A DNA stretch of 60,171 nucleotides, counting the filler, from Dugesia japonica (taxonomy: Eukaryota), in assembly GCA_001938525.1 (NCBI GenBank). It is 5 parts of 5 records of this genome, joined end to end, with 100 filler letters (N's around TTAATTAATTAA, not from the genome) between each part and the next. Parts side by side here need not be neighbours in the genome. Positions count along the whole stretch, not along the records: positions 1 to 19,366 come from MQRL01602963.1; positions 19,467 to 31,174 come from MQRL01535806.1; 3 more parts are not named here. The stretch is one strand, 5' to 3'. This document shows positions 13,062 through 23,969 of this stretch, one piece after another. The notes beneath the pieces were generated by a model, which was not told where the DNA came from, ran no database searches, and was given only the letters and a program-made list of their open reading frames with translations. Every line of letters begins with the position of its first letter. Within the stretch, counting starts at the first letter, position 1. Both the position numbers and the translations under genes were made by a program.

Positions 13062-13509
13062 CAGTGGTTCTTAACCTTCTTAGCAATCAGCACCTATTTT
13101 ATCCCAAAAATAATTTTCACATTTTATCTAAATTAGTCGACGTTTTAAAAAAGTCAATATGTACTTCAAATTTTATAATAAAAAATATTTGTTTAATATG
13201 TTATCTTTAATGTTTTGTAACTTTCATTTGATTGCGGTGAATTAAAATGGAATTATAATTGATAATATTTTTCTAGGCATCTTTTTGAAAGCGTCACAAA
13301 TAATTCATCCCTTGCATTTCATTGATTTCTCGCTTTTGTTTTAAAGCGCGGCAATTATGAAATTATCACTTCGCATTATACGTAACAAATGATAAAACCA
13401 TTGTCAATGCTGCTTATGTAAGCTGTTACTGGCTATGGTTTTCATTGAAAATTTCAGAACTTTACTGGAATTTCAAATAATCTTTTCTCACACAGGTTAA
13501 AAATCATTG
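13062..13509. mobile_element. hAT (Charlie-like) non-autonomous element
   Basis: CAGTGGTTCTTAACCT / AGGTTAAAAATCATTG TIRs; degenerate 8-bp TSD TTCTAAAT/TTTTAAAA. Confidence 0.6.
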
Positions 13510-14714
13510 TTTTAAAATTTAATTTTTAAAAGAAGTATTTATTTTTGAAGAAATACTAATAAAAGTTTACCAATAAAATTTGCCAATTAAAAACATGGAA
13601 AAAGTAATTTAACCACTTGACAGTTTTGCCCGAGCGTGACATAAAAAAATTATAATAAAACGTTAAAAGAAAATTTTTCCATAAAATTTTAAATATTGTA
13701 AACATTATAAAGAAAGTGTTAATTTAATGTGAAAAGTGAAAAAAAATTAATAAAACATTTAAAAAATTATCTGACAATTGTTAGACACTCTTTCTCATCA
13801 AAATCAAATTGGTAAGTCGTTAATAAACAATTAAGTGTATATTTTTTAGTTTTAAATTTATTAAATCAAGGAATTGTGCTGAAAAATTGACAAATAAATA
13901 AGTTTTAAGATGTTACGCATTCAACAAGTTTGCTAAAATAATTTTAACGGTGGCAGGACAAAATATATAAGAGAGTATATTTTGTCATGGAACCATTTGA
14001 ATATATTTGATTTATTCGAATTTTTCACTGTATGCGACCTATGTATATATATATATATTTTGACGGAAAAAGTTTTGGTTGAATGTTTCTGTCAGGAACG
14101 TTTAAAACCTGCAAAATTCATAATTGCTATGTTAACAAAAATAGTTCAGACTGGAACGATCACCCAGTATTTTATGTCGCGATGATCAGTGTTTTCTCGG
14201 ATATCTGTATTAAATGTTACAAGAATTAAACAAACAAAAACTAAATTAATCAATTGTAATACTTCGTTTTAAAATTAAATAAAAATTATTAAACTTAATT
14301 ATAATCCAGAAGTAAAACATATTAATAAAATTAATAAAATAATTAAAATTAATAAAATTAATTTAATTTGATTTATTAAGAGAATTACAAATATTTTACC
14401 ATACCAAATAACAAGTTTAAAATGTTTTTTCATTTTTACGACTTTTATATAAATCTTCTTTATACTCTTCCGCAGTTTTCAAATCTTTCAGCAATTTTTT
14501 TCTTTTTGATTTGAACATTTATTTACGAAAAAATTTATTCTTTATAATAATCGAGATATTTACATTCTTTCTCGAGTGGATAAGAAATTTTTTTTAAAAA
14601 CCACAATATATCTTGTATCAACATAATTATACACCACTTTGGGATATAGAATTATATTAATCCAGGTTTTGGTTAAAATTGATAATAAATAGTTTAATTA
14701 AAGTCTCCTTAGAC

Positions 14715-14961
14715 CAATGATACTCAACCATTTTTAGATGGTGGCACCCTAACGGAAAATGGGAAAATTTTTGGGCACCCTACCTTTATTATATTAAGTT
14801 TTGTAAGTTTAATACTTAATAAAAATAATTAAAAAGATATAAAATATCATAATAAAAAATGTAGCAATTTAATGTGATTTTGATAAATTTTCAGTAATAA
14901 AATTAGCTGAGTTCGTGGTACCCCTTCCATATATCTATGGCACTCCAGTTGAGAACAACTG
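14715..14961. mobile_element. hAT (Charlie-like) MITE
   Basis: CAATGATACTCAAC / GTTGAGAACAACTG TIRs; GGCACCC subterminal motifs; TSD CCTTAGAC/CATTAAAC. Confidence 0.65.
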
Positions 14962-15132
14962 CATTAAACAATAAATATTTAATCAAAATAATTTTATATC
15001 TATTTAATAACCGAAAATTATCCGAATATAATTTTCGACGAATCTGAACTCATTAGTTAAAATAATTAGTATAAAATGTGTTAAAATATGTAATATAATG
15101 GTATACTTGATCTTACATGATTGAATCGGGAT

Positions 15133-16530
15133 TAAGGTGACCAAATCTTTTACAGGGAAAAGGATGACACGGATAAATGGAAAAGATATCTATCTTAAAT
15201 AAAATAGTTTTTTTATTCATTCCAATAATAACACATTAATATAATAAAATCATTTGTAACATTTTATTTTTAACTTATGCCCATATGGCTATTAGTTACT
15301 ATTTTAAATGGGTAGTTTTCATTTGAATGAATATTTTGTGTCACTGTACGATTCTCTATAAACACGTTTTAATATCAGAACAAAAAATATCATCCATATT
15401 AAATTTTCCCACAAAACATCATTTAAAGTATCAGTATTCAATATTAAGCTCTCACTCGTCCAAATATAAAAAAATTCTTCCAGGACAACACAGTGCAAAT
15501 TGAACAAGCTCAAAAGACTTTTATAGTGAACAATGCTTATTTTTAAAGAGGGTAAATATCTTTATCTAACTTTTATCAATTTCCCATATTATTAATGTTT
15601 CTGTATTTAAATATAAGTTTAGTCTTCTAAATTCTTCAAAAAAACAACTTACATCTATTTTAATTTCCGGAATTTTTGTAAATAAATACTCATTAGAAGA
15701 TTTAATATCCGTCCGATTTATTTGCAACGAAGTCTAAAAGCACCATGAAAACGGATATTTTCTGGGATGTTTGTTTCAAACCATTCCTCGATATATTGAA
15801 AACATGTCTGATAAAATTTCAGTGCTTTCCCAACAAACCTTTTTATTATAACTGGAAATGGTTCCTCTAAATCAATTAATTTTCTTTTTATAATCAAAGG
15901 AATCAATCTTTTTGCAAATCAAGATGTATATTGAAGGATTAAATTATTCAAAATAAGACTTACCTCTTTGGCTGAAATGTGTTAACCTTCAATCATCTGA
16001 ATTGTTTTATTGAGGCTAAAAAATGAACAAAGAGTATTAAATAAATACAGAACACACTCCAAAGCAGGTGTGGGAGTAAAACATCTAACTTTTGAATACA
16101 CTAAAATATTTTTGAGATCAACGTTTTCTTCTTCACAAAATTGTTTAAAGTTTTTAGACAAACGGTGAAATGACTAAAATATAAATAAATCTTGATTATT
16201 ATTACTTTCACATCAATTGACATAGGTGACAACGCTGTGCTGATTACATTTGAGAAAAATATGTGAATTACAACCCTTTCTCAGTATTTTCATTTTAAGT
16301 AAATCCTATAATTTTACATAAACCCTATTCAAATCCCTTCACTTTCGGCCACTAAAGTTTTTGTTTGTATTATCGCCAGGTAGAGCAACAACTTTGGATT
16401 TTAAATTGTTTTCATTTATTACTCTGTATAAACTATTTGACAAAATTTCCACAGTGCCACCCCCAAAAGATATACCAAATGAAATTAACACTTGAATTCC
16501 TTTGAAAACATTAAAATATATTAAATATAA
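15133..16530 (-). pseudogene. Decayed hAT transposase element (Blackjack/hAT5-like)
   Basis: Terminus TAAGGTGACCAAAT. Minus-strand remnants GDNTNKNF, GCNSH, SKVR, FYQTCFQYIEEWF, ELVQFALCCPG with stops and frameshifts. Confidence 0.7.
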
Positions 16531-16594
16531 TTTAGATAAAACTGTTAAAACTTTTATAAATGCTAGGGTTTTTAAGACTTCCCTGAATATTTTA

Positions 16595-16783
16595 TTACTG
16601 TTGGGTTTTTAGGATTTGGCACTTTAAAATGTTAGCTTCAAATTTACCGANNNNNNNNNNNNNNNNNNNNNNNNNNNNNNNNNNNNNNNNNNNNNNNNNN
16701 NNNNNNNNNNNNNNNNNNNNNNNNNNCATGCCCCTTTCTTTCCACGGGTTCAGCGCGACTTTGTGGTATCGCGTCTTACTCAT
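16595..16783 (-). CDS. Small ORF G (MSKTRYHKVALNPWKERGM..), partly in N gap
   Basis: CAG acceptor 5 nt before ATG; stop overlaps AATAAA (16591-16596). Confidence 0.4.
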   Translation of the reverse strand: MSKTRYHKVALNPWKERGMXXXXXXXXXXXXXXXXXXXXXXXXXXGKFEANILKCQILKTQQ

Positions 16784-16924
16784 AAAACCTGTGAACCCGG
16801 TCTGTACGAATCTAACATGCTCAGTAAAAATAAATCTAGTAGATGCAAATAAATAAGTAGTACTATAATACAAATATCACTCCAACCAACACTCAATAAC
16901 ATTTATTTTTACAGTATACTCCGT

Positions 16925-17194
16925 TTATTCGGCATCCAAATCGATCGTCGACTCCGTAATTGTACTTGTTTCCTCTGGGGATCGATAGTGGAGCATCAAT
17001 GTCCGCAGAGATACAAACATGGAGCTTTCTTTGTCTGCGTACGTCTTGATGACGTAGGCCATCAATCGATTCACGTGCTGCAGGGACAGTTCCTTCTCCT
17101 TGATTTGATTATATTTGGCTGTTGATTTCAAGACCTGCCCCTTCAACCTCAAGATTTCATTTTTTAACTCTCGACGCTCCTCTTTCCATCTTTG
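16925..17194 (-). CDS. Small coiled-coil ORF F (3' exon; 5' part in N gap, probable first exon with ATG at 17433)
   Basis: Open frame ..ELKNEILRLKGQVLKSTAKYNQIKEKEL..; GC-richer than flanks; stop overlaps AATAAA. Confidence 0.5.
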   Translation of the reverse strand, partial: QRWKEERRELKNEILRLKGQVLKSTAKYNQIKEKELSLQHVNRLMAYVIKTYADKESSMFVSLRTLMLHYRSPEETSTITESTIDLDAE

Positions 17195-17554
17195 NNNNNN
17201 NNNNNNNNNNNNNNNNNNNNNNNNNNNNNNNNNNNNNNNNNNNNNNNNNNNNNNNNNNNNNNNNNNNNNNNNNNNNNNNNNNNNNNNNNTAATAAAGTTT
17301 AAATGAACTAAAGTAATACTCCAGTAAAGGAACCCAAACTTAGTTAACGTTAACCGATTGCTATTAGAATAAAAGAAAATTGACTCTGTGTTAGGCTTAC
17401 ACCAAAAAAAAATTTAGATTTGACACCATGCATTTCTATCTACTACTGCCTCTGCAGATTTCACAATGAATAACCATTGAGTGACATACATATCACTTAG
17501 AACTCTTTAATAAAAAATTGAAAAGCAAGACCAAAATCCCGTAATACTCAACAT

Positions 17555-17997
17555 TTATTGATCCTTGGTCGCAAGCGACTCCACCTTTACGACGACCAAC
17601 TGCTGGACACCGCTCAACTCCTGGGTGCTTTCAGGTGATAGTGCCAAAACCTGATCTTCGAGTTGACCCAATAATAAATTATGCTCCATCTGCTGCCGAA
17701 CCAAGTTTTCCGTACTTTCTCTAATTGCTTGTCTCTCTTGCCGGAGTCTATCATTTTCTTGTTGACATAACAGCAACTTCGATTGGGTATTCCTTAGCTG
17801 TTGTTTTAGGTCCCGGAATTTCGTAACCAATTGGCCGCCTTTGTAGAGTAACTCAGTTTTTCCTTTTTCGTATACCGCTTTCTGTTCNNNNNNNNNNNNN
17901 NNNNNNNNNNNNNNNNNNNNNNNNNNNNNNNNNNNNNNNNNNNNNNNNCGTCATTCGTAAGCACAAACGGGATGTGCGGTTTAAAATAGGCTGTCAT
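17555..17997 (-). CDS. Small coiled-coil ORF E (frameshift near 17830 and N gap)
   Basis: CAG-ATT-ATG start; heptad-like LKQQLRNTQSKLLLCQQENDRLRQERQ; stop overlaps AATAAA. Confidence 0.5.
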
Positions 17998-19366
17998 AAT
18001 CTGTATAATAAAAAATATTTAATTATAATTTTAAGCAATAATTGAAAAATGAGATAAATAATTAGCTATAGTTTCTTCAGCCTATCAGTCCTGATTCCTT
18101 GCTCCGAACATGCGAAACAGAGAAGATGACGATTTAAAACCATGATCTTTCCTTGTTCTCATGTTTATAGAACTCTCACAAGATGTACTATCAAAAAAAA
18201 TTCTTTTCCGACGACACTGTAGGGAAAAAATTAAATTATAAATTTTCACAAAATTGGTTACTTCTATGACTATAAAAATAAATGAGTTTCAATTGAAATC
18301 ACGTTTTTAATTTAGGCTTTATAAAATACTGAGATCAGTTCAATACACTCTTATATTTAAATGATAAAAAAAATAAAAGATAACAAGTGAAAATCACAAC
18401 TACAAAACTATAATATTTCAAGCCAATTCCGCATTAACGACNNGGTTCCGCCTGCTACAACGCATTATTTAACAAACAACAAAGGTATTAATCGAGCTCT
18501 CATAAATCATTTAACTTCTGGCGACATTTTCTATCAGGTACAATTCTGCAAATCTATCGTTCTTCCGTAATTTCAACTTCAATAATTTTATACTGTTAAT
18601 CGATTGTCACCATTCTGATGTTCTAATTTCCCCATCAAATTCCCTGGTTCTATTCCATTTTTGAATTTCAACTCTCGGCCATCCTAATATTTCGGCCACA
18701 ATTTCTCCATCTAATTTTCTTGATACTAGCAGTATGACCGTTTCGAGGGCACTCGGCATCACATGTAGAAAAAGAAAAAAATTAAGGTTTTTATTTTGGA
18801 AATTTGATAAAATAATAATAAAAAAAATATTGCTTACTAATCGAATTTATTTCAATTCTCCTTTTCCCGAAANNNNNNNNNNNNNNNNNNNNNNNNNNNN
18901 NNNNNNNNNNNNNNNNNNNNNNNNNNNNNNNNNNNNNNAAAAAATAAAATTTCGTTAAGTAAAATATTTTTTTTCTTTTAAAAATTTTAAGAAAACTTCT
19001 GTCTAATTCCCTAGTGCAAACGAGTTTTATTACTCGTTTACACCCCAACTTGGCATGATTCATTTGCTCGCCAATCGTCTTCGTTTTTCGTCCAATCCGG
19101 GTTTTTGATTGGTTGTTGTCTTCGTCTTCATTGTTGTGTTGTGTNNNNNNNNNNNNNNNNNNNNNNNNNNNNNNNNNNNNNNNNNNNNNNNNNNNNNNNN
19201 NNNNNNNNNNNNNGGATTGTTACTAAGAGAAAGTCCTTGTCTAGCAGGAAATGATTCAGCTAATCTGCTGATAATTTTCGGTTTATTTTTCATCAGCTAG
19301 ACAAGGACAGATGACTGGACCAGCCATAATTATAACATTAATTAATATCAAATGGATAATATCCAT

Positions 19367-19466
19367 NNNNNNNNNNNNNNNNNNNNNNNNNNNNNNNNNN
19401 NNNNNNNNNNTTAATTAATTAANNNNNNNNNNNNNNNNNNNNNNNNNNNNNNNNNNNNNNNNNNNN
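19367..19466. other. Artificial assembly spacer (44N + TTAATTAATTAA + 44N)
   Basis: Identical 100-bp structure also at 31175-31274, 40124-40223 and 49666-49765; the 12-mer has stops in all six frames. Confidence 0.9.
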
Positions 19467-19469
19467 AAA

Positions 19470-20060
19470 GAATTTCCGTAAAAATTCATCCCAAATTAAC
19501 CAATCTTGAGAAAATAATTGACCGAATCACCCAAAAATTAGTTAAACCGATCTCACCGAGGAAATATTTGACCGAATTCACCTAAACCTGTCAAAAACTC
19601 AATCACCCAAAAATTACCCAAACCGACCAATCGCGAGGAAATATTTGACCAAATTCACCGAGACCAATGAAAAATCAACCTTATTCCACCTCACCGAGAA
19701 AGTTTCAGACCAAATTCATCAGAACCAATCAAAATCCAACCAAATAAACCCAAACTTCTTAAACACGAAGAATTATTCAAGCAATTTTACCTGAACCAGT
19801 CAAAAATTGACCTCATTCAACCTCACCGAGGAAATATTGGACAAAATTCACTTGAACCAATCAAAAATCAACCGCGATCGACCTCACCGAATAAATTCCC
19901 AACTAAATACATAGGAAAAAAGTAACAGCACATTATTGCTTAAAAAGCCTAAAAAATTTCCCCAACTAAATACACAGGGAAAACGTAACACCACATTGCC
20001 GTCTAATAAGCCTAAAAAATTTTCCCAACTAAATACACAGGAAAAAAGTAACACCAGTTA
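19470..20060. repeat. Two adjacent degenerate minisatellite arrays (~60-76 bp unit, then ~62 bp unit x3)
   Basis: Recurrent CTCACCGAGGAAATATTTGACCAAATTCAC, then CCCAACTAAATACACAGGAAAAAAGTAACAC. Confidence 0.8.
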
Positions 20061-20159
20061 TACCTATTACGTAAAATTTCACCGATAAAATTAATCTCAT
20101 GACAGTGATAATATAGACATTGAAATCGTTATTTTAACTATTCGGGTGATGTACGGTAG

Positions 20160-20345
20160 TCAAATTAGCATTAACATTAACCTCATCATTAGCGTAATTA
20201 ATGTCATTATTATTATCTGCCCTTTCATCGTTATCGGTATTATGTTTATTACGATCATTATTCACCTGATTATATTCATATTAATAATGTGGTTATTATG
20301 AGCATCATTCTTATTAGTAATATTATGGGTACTATTATCATTTTT

Positions 20346-20380
<35 letters not shown>

Positions 20381-21060
20381 NNNNNNNNNNNNNNNNNNNN
20401 NNNNNNNNNNNNNNNNNNNNNNNNNNNNNNNNNNNNNNNNNNNNNNNNNNNNNNNNNNNNNNNNNNNNNNNNNNNNNNNNNNNNNNNNNNNNNNNNNNTA
20501 TTATTATTATTAATATAATTATTATTATTATTATCCTGATTATCAGTACTAATTTTAGTAATATTATCATTATTGCTATCATGATTATTATTATTAATAC
20601 TACCTGTATTATGGTTATTAATATTGCTAAAATTACTATCAAATCATTATTATTCTAATGTTATATAAATGTTCTTATTATTTTATCATTGCTTTAATGG
20701 ATGCCATTATTATTACTGTCAGTTTTTTTCTTGCCTTGTTATTATCACTATGGTCGCTACTGCTAGATGATTTATTATGGGATTTAGAATTCTCAGTTAT
20801 TATCATTAAAAATAATATAGTTATTCTCGGCAATACTGTATAATGACAATGAATATCCATACTATCTCACACATAATTATGCAGTTTAATACTATTATTA
20901 TCGTTACTTCTGCTGAGGACGTCATTAGAATTACCACTCCTGGGATAATGTTAAAGTAGGTGTTATGCCCGTATCAAGTTATTAAGTATCCATTACAACT
21001 AGTTAACATGATTCTAGTTAATTATAAATCGTACTCCACGATGTTCCATTCTAGTTATAA
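20160..21060. repeat. Degenerate (ATT/ATC)n low-complexity tract
   Basis: Pure (ATT)n core flanked by decayed triplets. Confidence 0.8.
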
Positions 21061-21087
21061 TAAACTTTTATAATTTAGTTCAGGTAG

Positions 21088-21275
21088 ATGTCTAGCATTC
21101 TGAAGGACACATCGAGCTTCATATGTCGGGAAAGAGAGCAATCACGGCGAAACCAGTTAATCGGTCATATCCTCTTTCATAATCTTGTTCTCTCCCGGAT
21201 GAACTAGACCTGAGATGTTTTAGGGTATTATAAATACTTCCTTGGGAGGTCGATATAGACAATGGCTCTTGTTAA
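21088..21275 (+). pseudogene. Disrupted paralog A1 of ORF 23537-23734
   Basis: MSSILKDTSSFICREREQSRRNQLIGHILFHNLVLS/[1-nt deletion]DELDLRCFRVL*ILPWEVDID aligns with A2. Confidence 0.75.
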
Positions 21276-21406
21276 TGAATGGCTAAATAAATTTTGGTGT
21301 CATCTAAATTCAGTGTTGCTTATTTATTTGATTTTGTCTTATAGACTTATTGCTTTCCGTATAAATGTTCTTGATTTTGTTAACAATGTTTTTAATTTCA
21401 GTTGAT

Positions 21407-21655
21407 ATGGAATTTATATTGGAAAGAGTCATCGACCGACGAACGCGTCGCATAATCTTTCGACGGCATAGAAATCCTTACAATCAAGACGCGGGCATTC
21501 TTTCTGATCAATCTAATCTACCTCCCGTGGAGGCTATGGTAGCCGGATCCAGAATTTTGGAGAGTGGCAAAACTATCAGGAATGGAATGGTGCATAACCA
21601 TGCAACCCCTTTCAGCAGTGCAAGCTTTTATTACGAACTTGCTCTGGGGTGTTAG
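21407..21655 (+). CDS. Arg-rich small protein B1 (82 aa)
   Basis: TTTCAG acceptor 5 nt before ATG; ERVIDRRTRRIIFRRHRNP is identical in paralog B2. Confidence 0.6.
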   Translation: MEFILERVIDRRTRRIIFRRHRNPYNQDAGILSDQSNLPPVEAMVAGSRILESGKTIRNGMVHNHATPFSSASFYYELALGC

Positions 21656-21962
21656 AGAACCCAAGGGTGCCGAAAAATCGTAGAACGTAGATCCAATAGC
21701 TAATACGGAGACTGGCCAGTAATTGTCAATACTAATTATGATTTAACTGTCAATTGAATAAATAGTTGTCTCAAGTTTTATAAGCAATCCGTTTCATTCA
21801 ACTTTATTTTTTTTAGTTCATTTATTTGTCGTTGTAACGAGAAATATTTCTTTTATTTCCATAATTAGTAAGGTTTGCAGTGTTGTATGCGAGTAGATGC
21901 TTTACGTACTTCGTCATTTTATTGTTGTCTGCATAGATTTCATTTAATATCCATTATTCTAG

Positions 21963-22299
21963 TGCATTCCTCTTTGAATCGCGCAGCTGGCCCGACTAAG
22001 AAAATCCGCGAGTCCAGTGAAGAATTAGAAATGACCTGTGACGTAAACAAGCTTGCTAAACGTCTCTAGGAAGCTGATATTGCGAACGCCAATAGTAAGG
22101 TGAGGTGATATAAAAAGAAATGCATGGCGTTCAAATCCGAAGCCGAGGCATCACACCAACAAGAGAGTATGGAAGGTTCAAATAGAGTCCTTCATTGAAA
22201 TTATCCGGTCCTAACAAGACCAAGAAACTGGTCCAGGACATCCTGAAATTAAAGACTGCGATGCTCCTCGAGCCTTTAATGGTCGATAAGCGACCTTAA
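21963..22299 (+). pseudogene. Decayed coiled-coil ORF C
   Basis: HSSLNRAAGPTKKIRESSEELEMTCDVNKLAKRL*EADIAN.. then TKKLVQDILKLKTAMLLEPL..* after a frameshift; AATAAA at 22317. Confidence 0.45.
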
Positions 22300-22423
22300 T
22301 GTTTATTGGTTTCATAAATAAATGATTCTTTTTGTGTAAATAAATTCTTCTTTCCGACTTATTCACTTAGCTAATTTTCATCTATTTTAAGAAAATAACT
22401 TATTTAATGATATATCTTATTTA

Positions 22424-22690
22424 GTGCCACAAATTAGATTTCCGACGATTCTACGCCGGTGTCATCGATTAATCACTAATTTGTTACTAGAACGTCACCT
22501 CAAACGACAAACTGAACGTGCTCTACTCAAACATCTCGCGCAACAGAATAGACTCATAAAAAGACTAGACCTCATCGTTAAGAAACAGGCAGATCTAGCC
22601 GAGCAGACTAAACAGCTCCTTCAAAAAAAAATCGATTTTCTGAAGATATATATTGCAAATTTATCTCGTCAGCTGGTAACAATGGAATGA
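22424..22690 (+). CDS. Small coiled-coil ORF D
   Basis: 88-codon open frame directly after a TTTAG acceptor; heptad pattern LAQQNRLIKRLDLIVKKQADLAEQTKQLLQKKI. Confidence 0.5.
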   Translation: MPQIRFPTILRRCHRLITNLLLERHLKRQTERALLKHLAQQNRLIKRLDLIVKKQADLAEQTKQLLQKKIDFLKIYIANLSRQLVTME

Positions 22691-23536
22691 CCAGGACGAC
22701 GAAACGTAGTTTAATTTTTTAGATGACAATCCCACACAGTGGTTAGACCCAGGTGCTATGGATCTCATGTAGTATGTATTAAAATATAAATTAGTTTTAA
22801 CGATTTATTAATTGATTATGAAATAAGGAAAGTAAAGAACCCGAAACAAAGATGTAAGAGTGAGCACCTCTCGTAAAGGTCGAAGGTCAACCGCTTTGCA
22901 TCGAAGATCTAACTTAGGAGCGTTAGATTAAATTCTTGAAAGGGATCTACTGAGAACCGTTTTTTTTTGAAAAAGTCAAAAACCAATAGGAAACAAGAAC
23001 CAAAAAATAAAAATAGTCAACCAACAGGAAAGTAGTCGGGTTGTATGAGAAAATGCTATAAACGCTTCCGAAAAAGTAGCCAAAATATCAACAATTTATC
23101 ATCAAATTCAAGTCTTAAAGGACTATTGACTAATTAGAAATCAATTCTTAGTTACTGTTTAAAAATTAGACTAACTGAAGTACTAACGTAGTCATTCCAA
23201 AGTGAAACCACCGAATTATTTGAAACTTCTAAAGTAAAGATATCGTAGTTTAACCAGATATAATTTTATTTAAAGGAAAAGGAAAAAGGAATATACTGTG
23301 ATGATCTGATGTAAGATTATTTTAAATTAATATTAATTTCATTTAAGTTAATTTTTCTTCTGTTAAGAACTAAATAATTATAAATATCGAAATTACAAAA
23401 AGAAATAGTAATTTAATTTAATTAAATCTGAAATCAAAAAAAAATAAAATCTTATAAGTGCATATGTTTTTTATTGAAATCATTTAAATTCAATTAAACA
23501 AGTTGCAAAAATAAACTATTTAAATCATTCAGGCAC

Positions 23537-23734
23537 ATGGCTACAATCCTGAGGGAGATTTTGAACCTAATTCGTCGAGAAAGGGAACAAGCCCGTCGTA
23601 AGCAATTGATTGGTCACCTCCTATTCCCTCATCTTGTTCTCTCCAAGGATGAAATGGATCTAAGGTGTTTCAGGGGATTATATCCCCTCCCTTGGGAGGC
23701 TGACTTGGACGTTAAACCTATCTATGAACCATAA
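23537..23734 (+). CDS. Small protein A2 (65 aa), unknown function
   Basis: CAG 4 nt before ATG; AATAAA immediately after stop; paralog A1 differs at many synonymous sites. Confidence 0.65.
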   Translation: MATILREILNLIRREREQARRKQLIGHLLFPHLVLSKDEMDLRCFRGLYPLPWEADLDVKPIYEP

Positions 23735-23840
23735 AATAAAATTCCGTGTTGACTATGCTCGTTGTTATTGCTTAACTAACTTTGTTTTTATATTTATAAA
23801 TGTCGAATTTTGTTGACGGTAATTTTAATTTCAGTCTTAA

Positions 23841-23969
23841 ATGGAATCGATATGGGAGAGGGTAATCGACCGCAGGACTCGCCGCATAATTTTCCGGCGA
23901 CATAGGAATCCGCAAAAAGTTTTAAAACTCAACATAGCCGCCATTTTGATTTTTGAAAATTCAATATAG
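23841..23969 (+). CDS. Arg-rich micropeptide B2 (42 aa; missed by the ORF track)
   Basis: MESIWERVIDRRTRRIIFRRHRNPQKVLKLNIAAILIFENSI*; TTTCAG acceptor 6 nt upstream. Confidence 0.55.
   Translation: MESIWERVIDRRTRRIIFRRHRNPQKVLKLNIAAILIFENSI

Noticed and set aside
13609-14200. Possible piggyBac end and C-terminal remnant
   Set aside because: Only TTAA|CCAC and weak peptide hints; no partner TIR.
19265-19300. CTGATGA..GAAA on the minus strand
   Set aside because: No stem II or stem I pairing.
19470-20060. CRISPR-like periodicity
   Set aside because: Degenerate tandem units without unique spacers, no cas genes, eukaryotic context.
20262-20860. Ile/Leu/Asn-rich ORFs here and at 36526-36759, 48975-49404, 58567-58881
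   Set aside because: Products of triplet microsatellite or low-complexity DNA.
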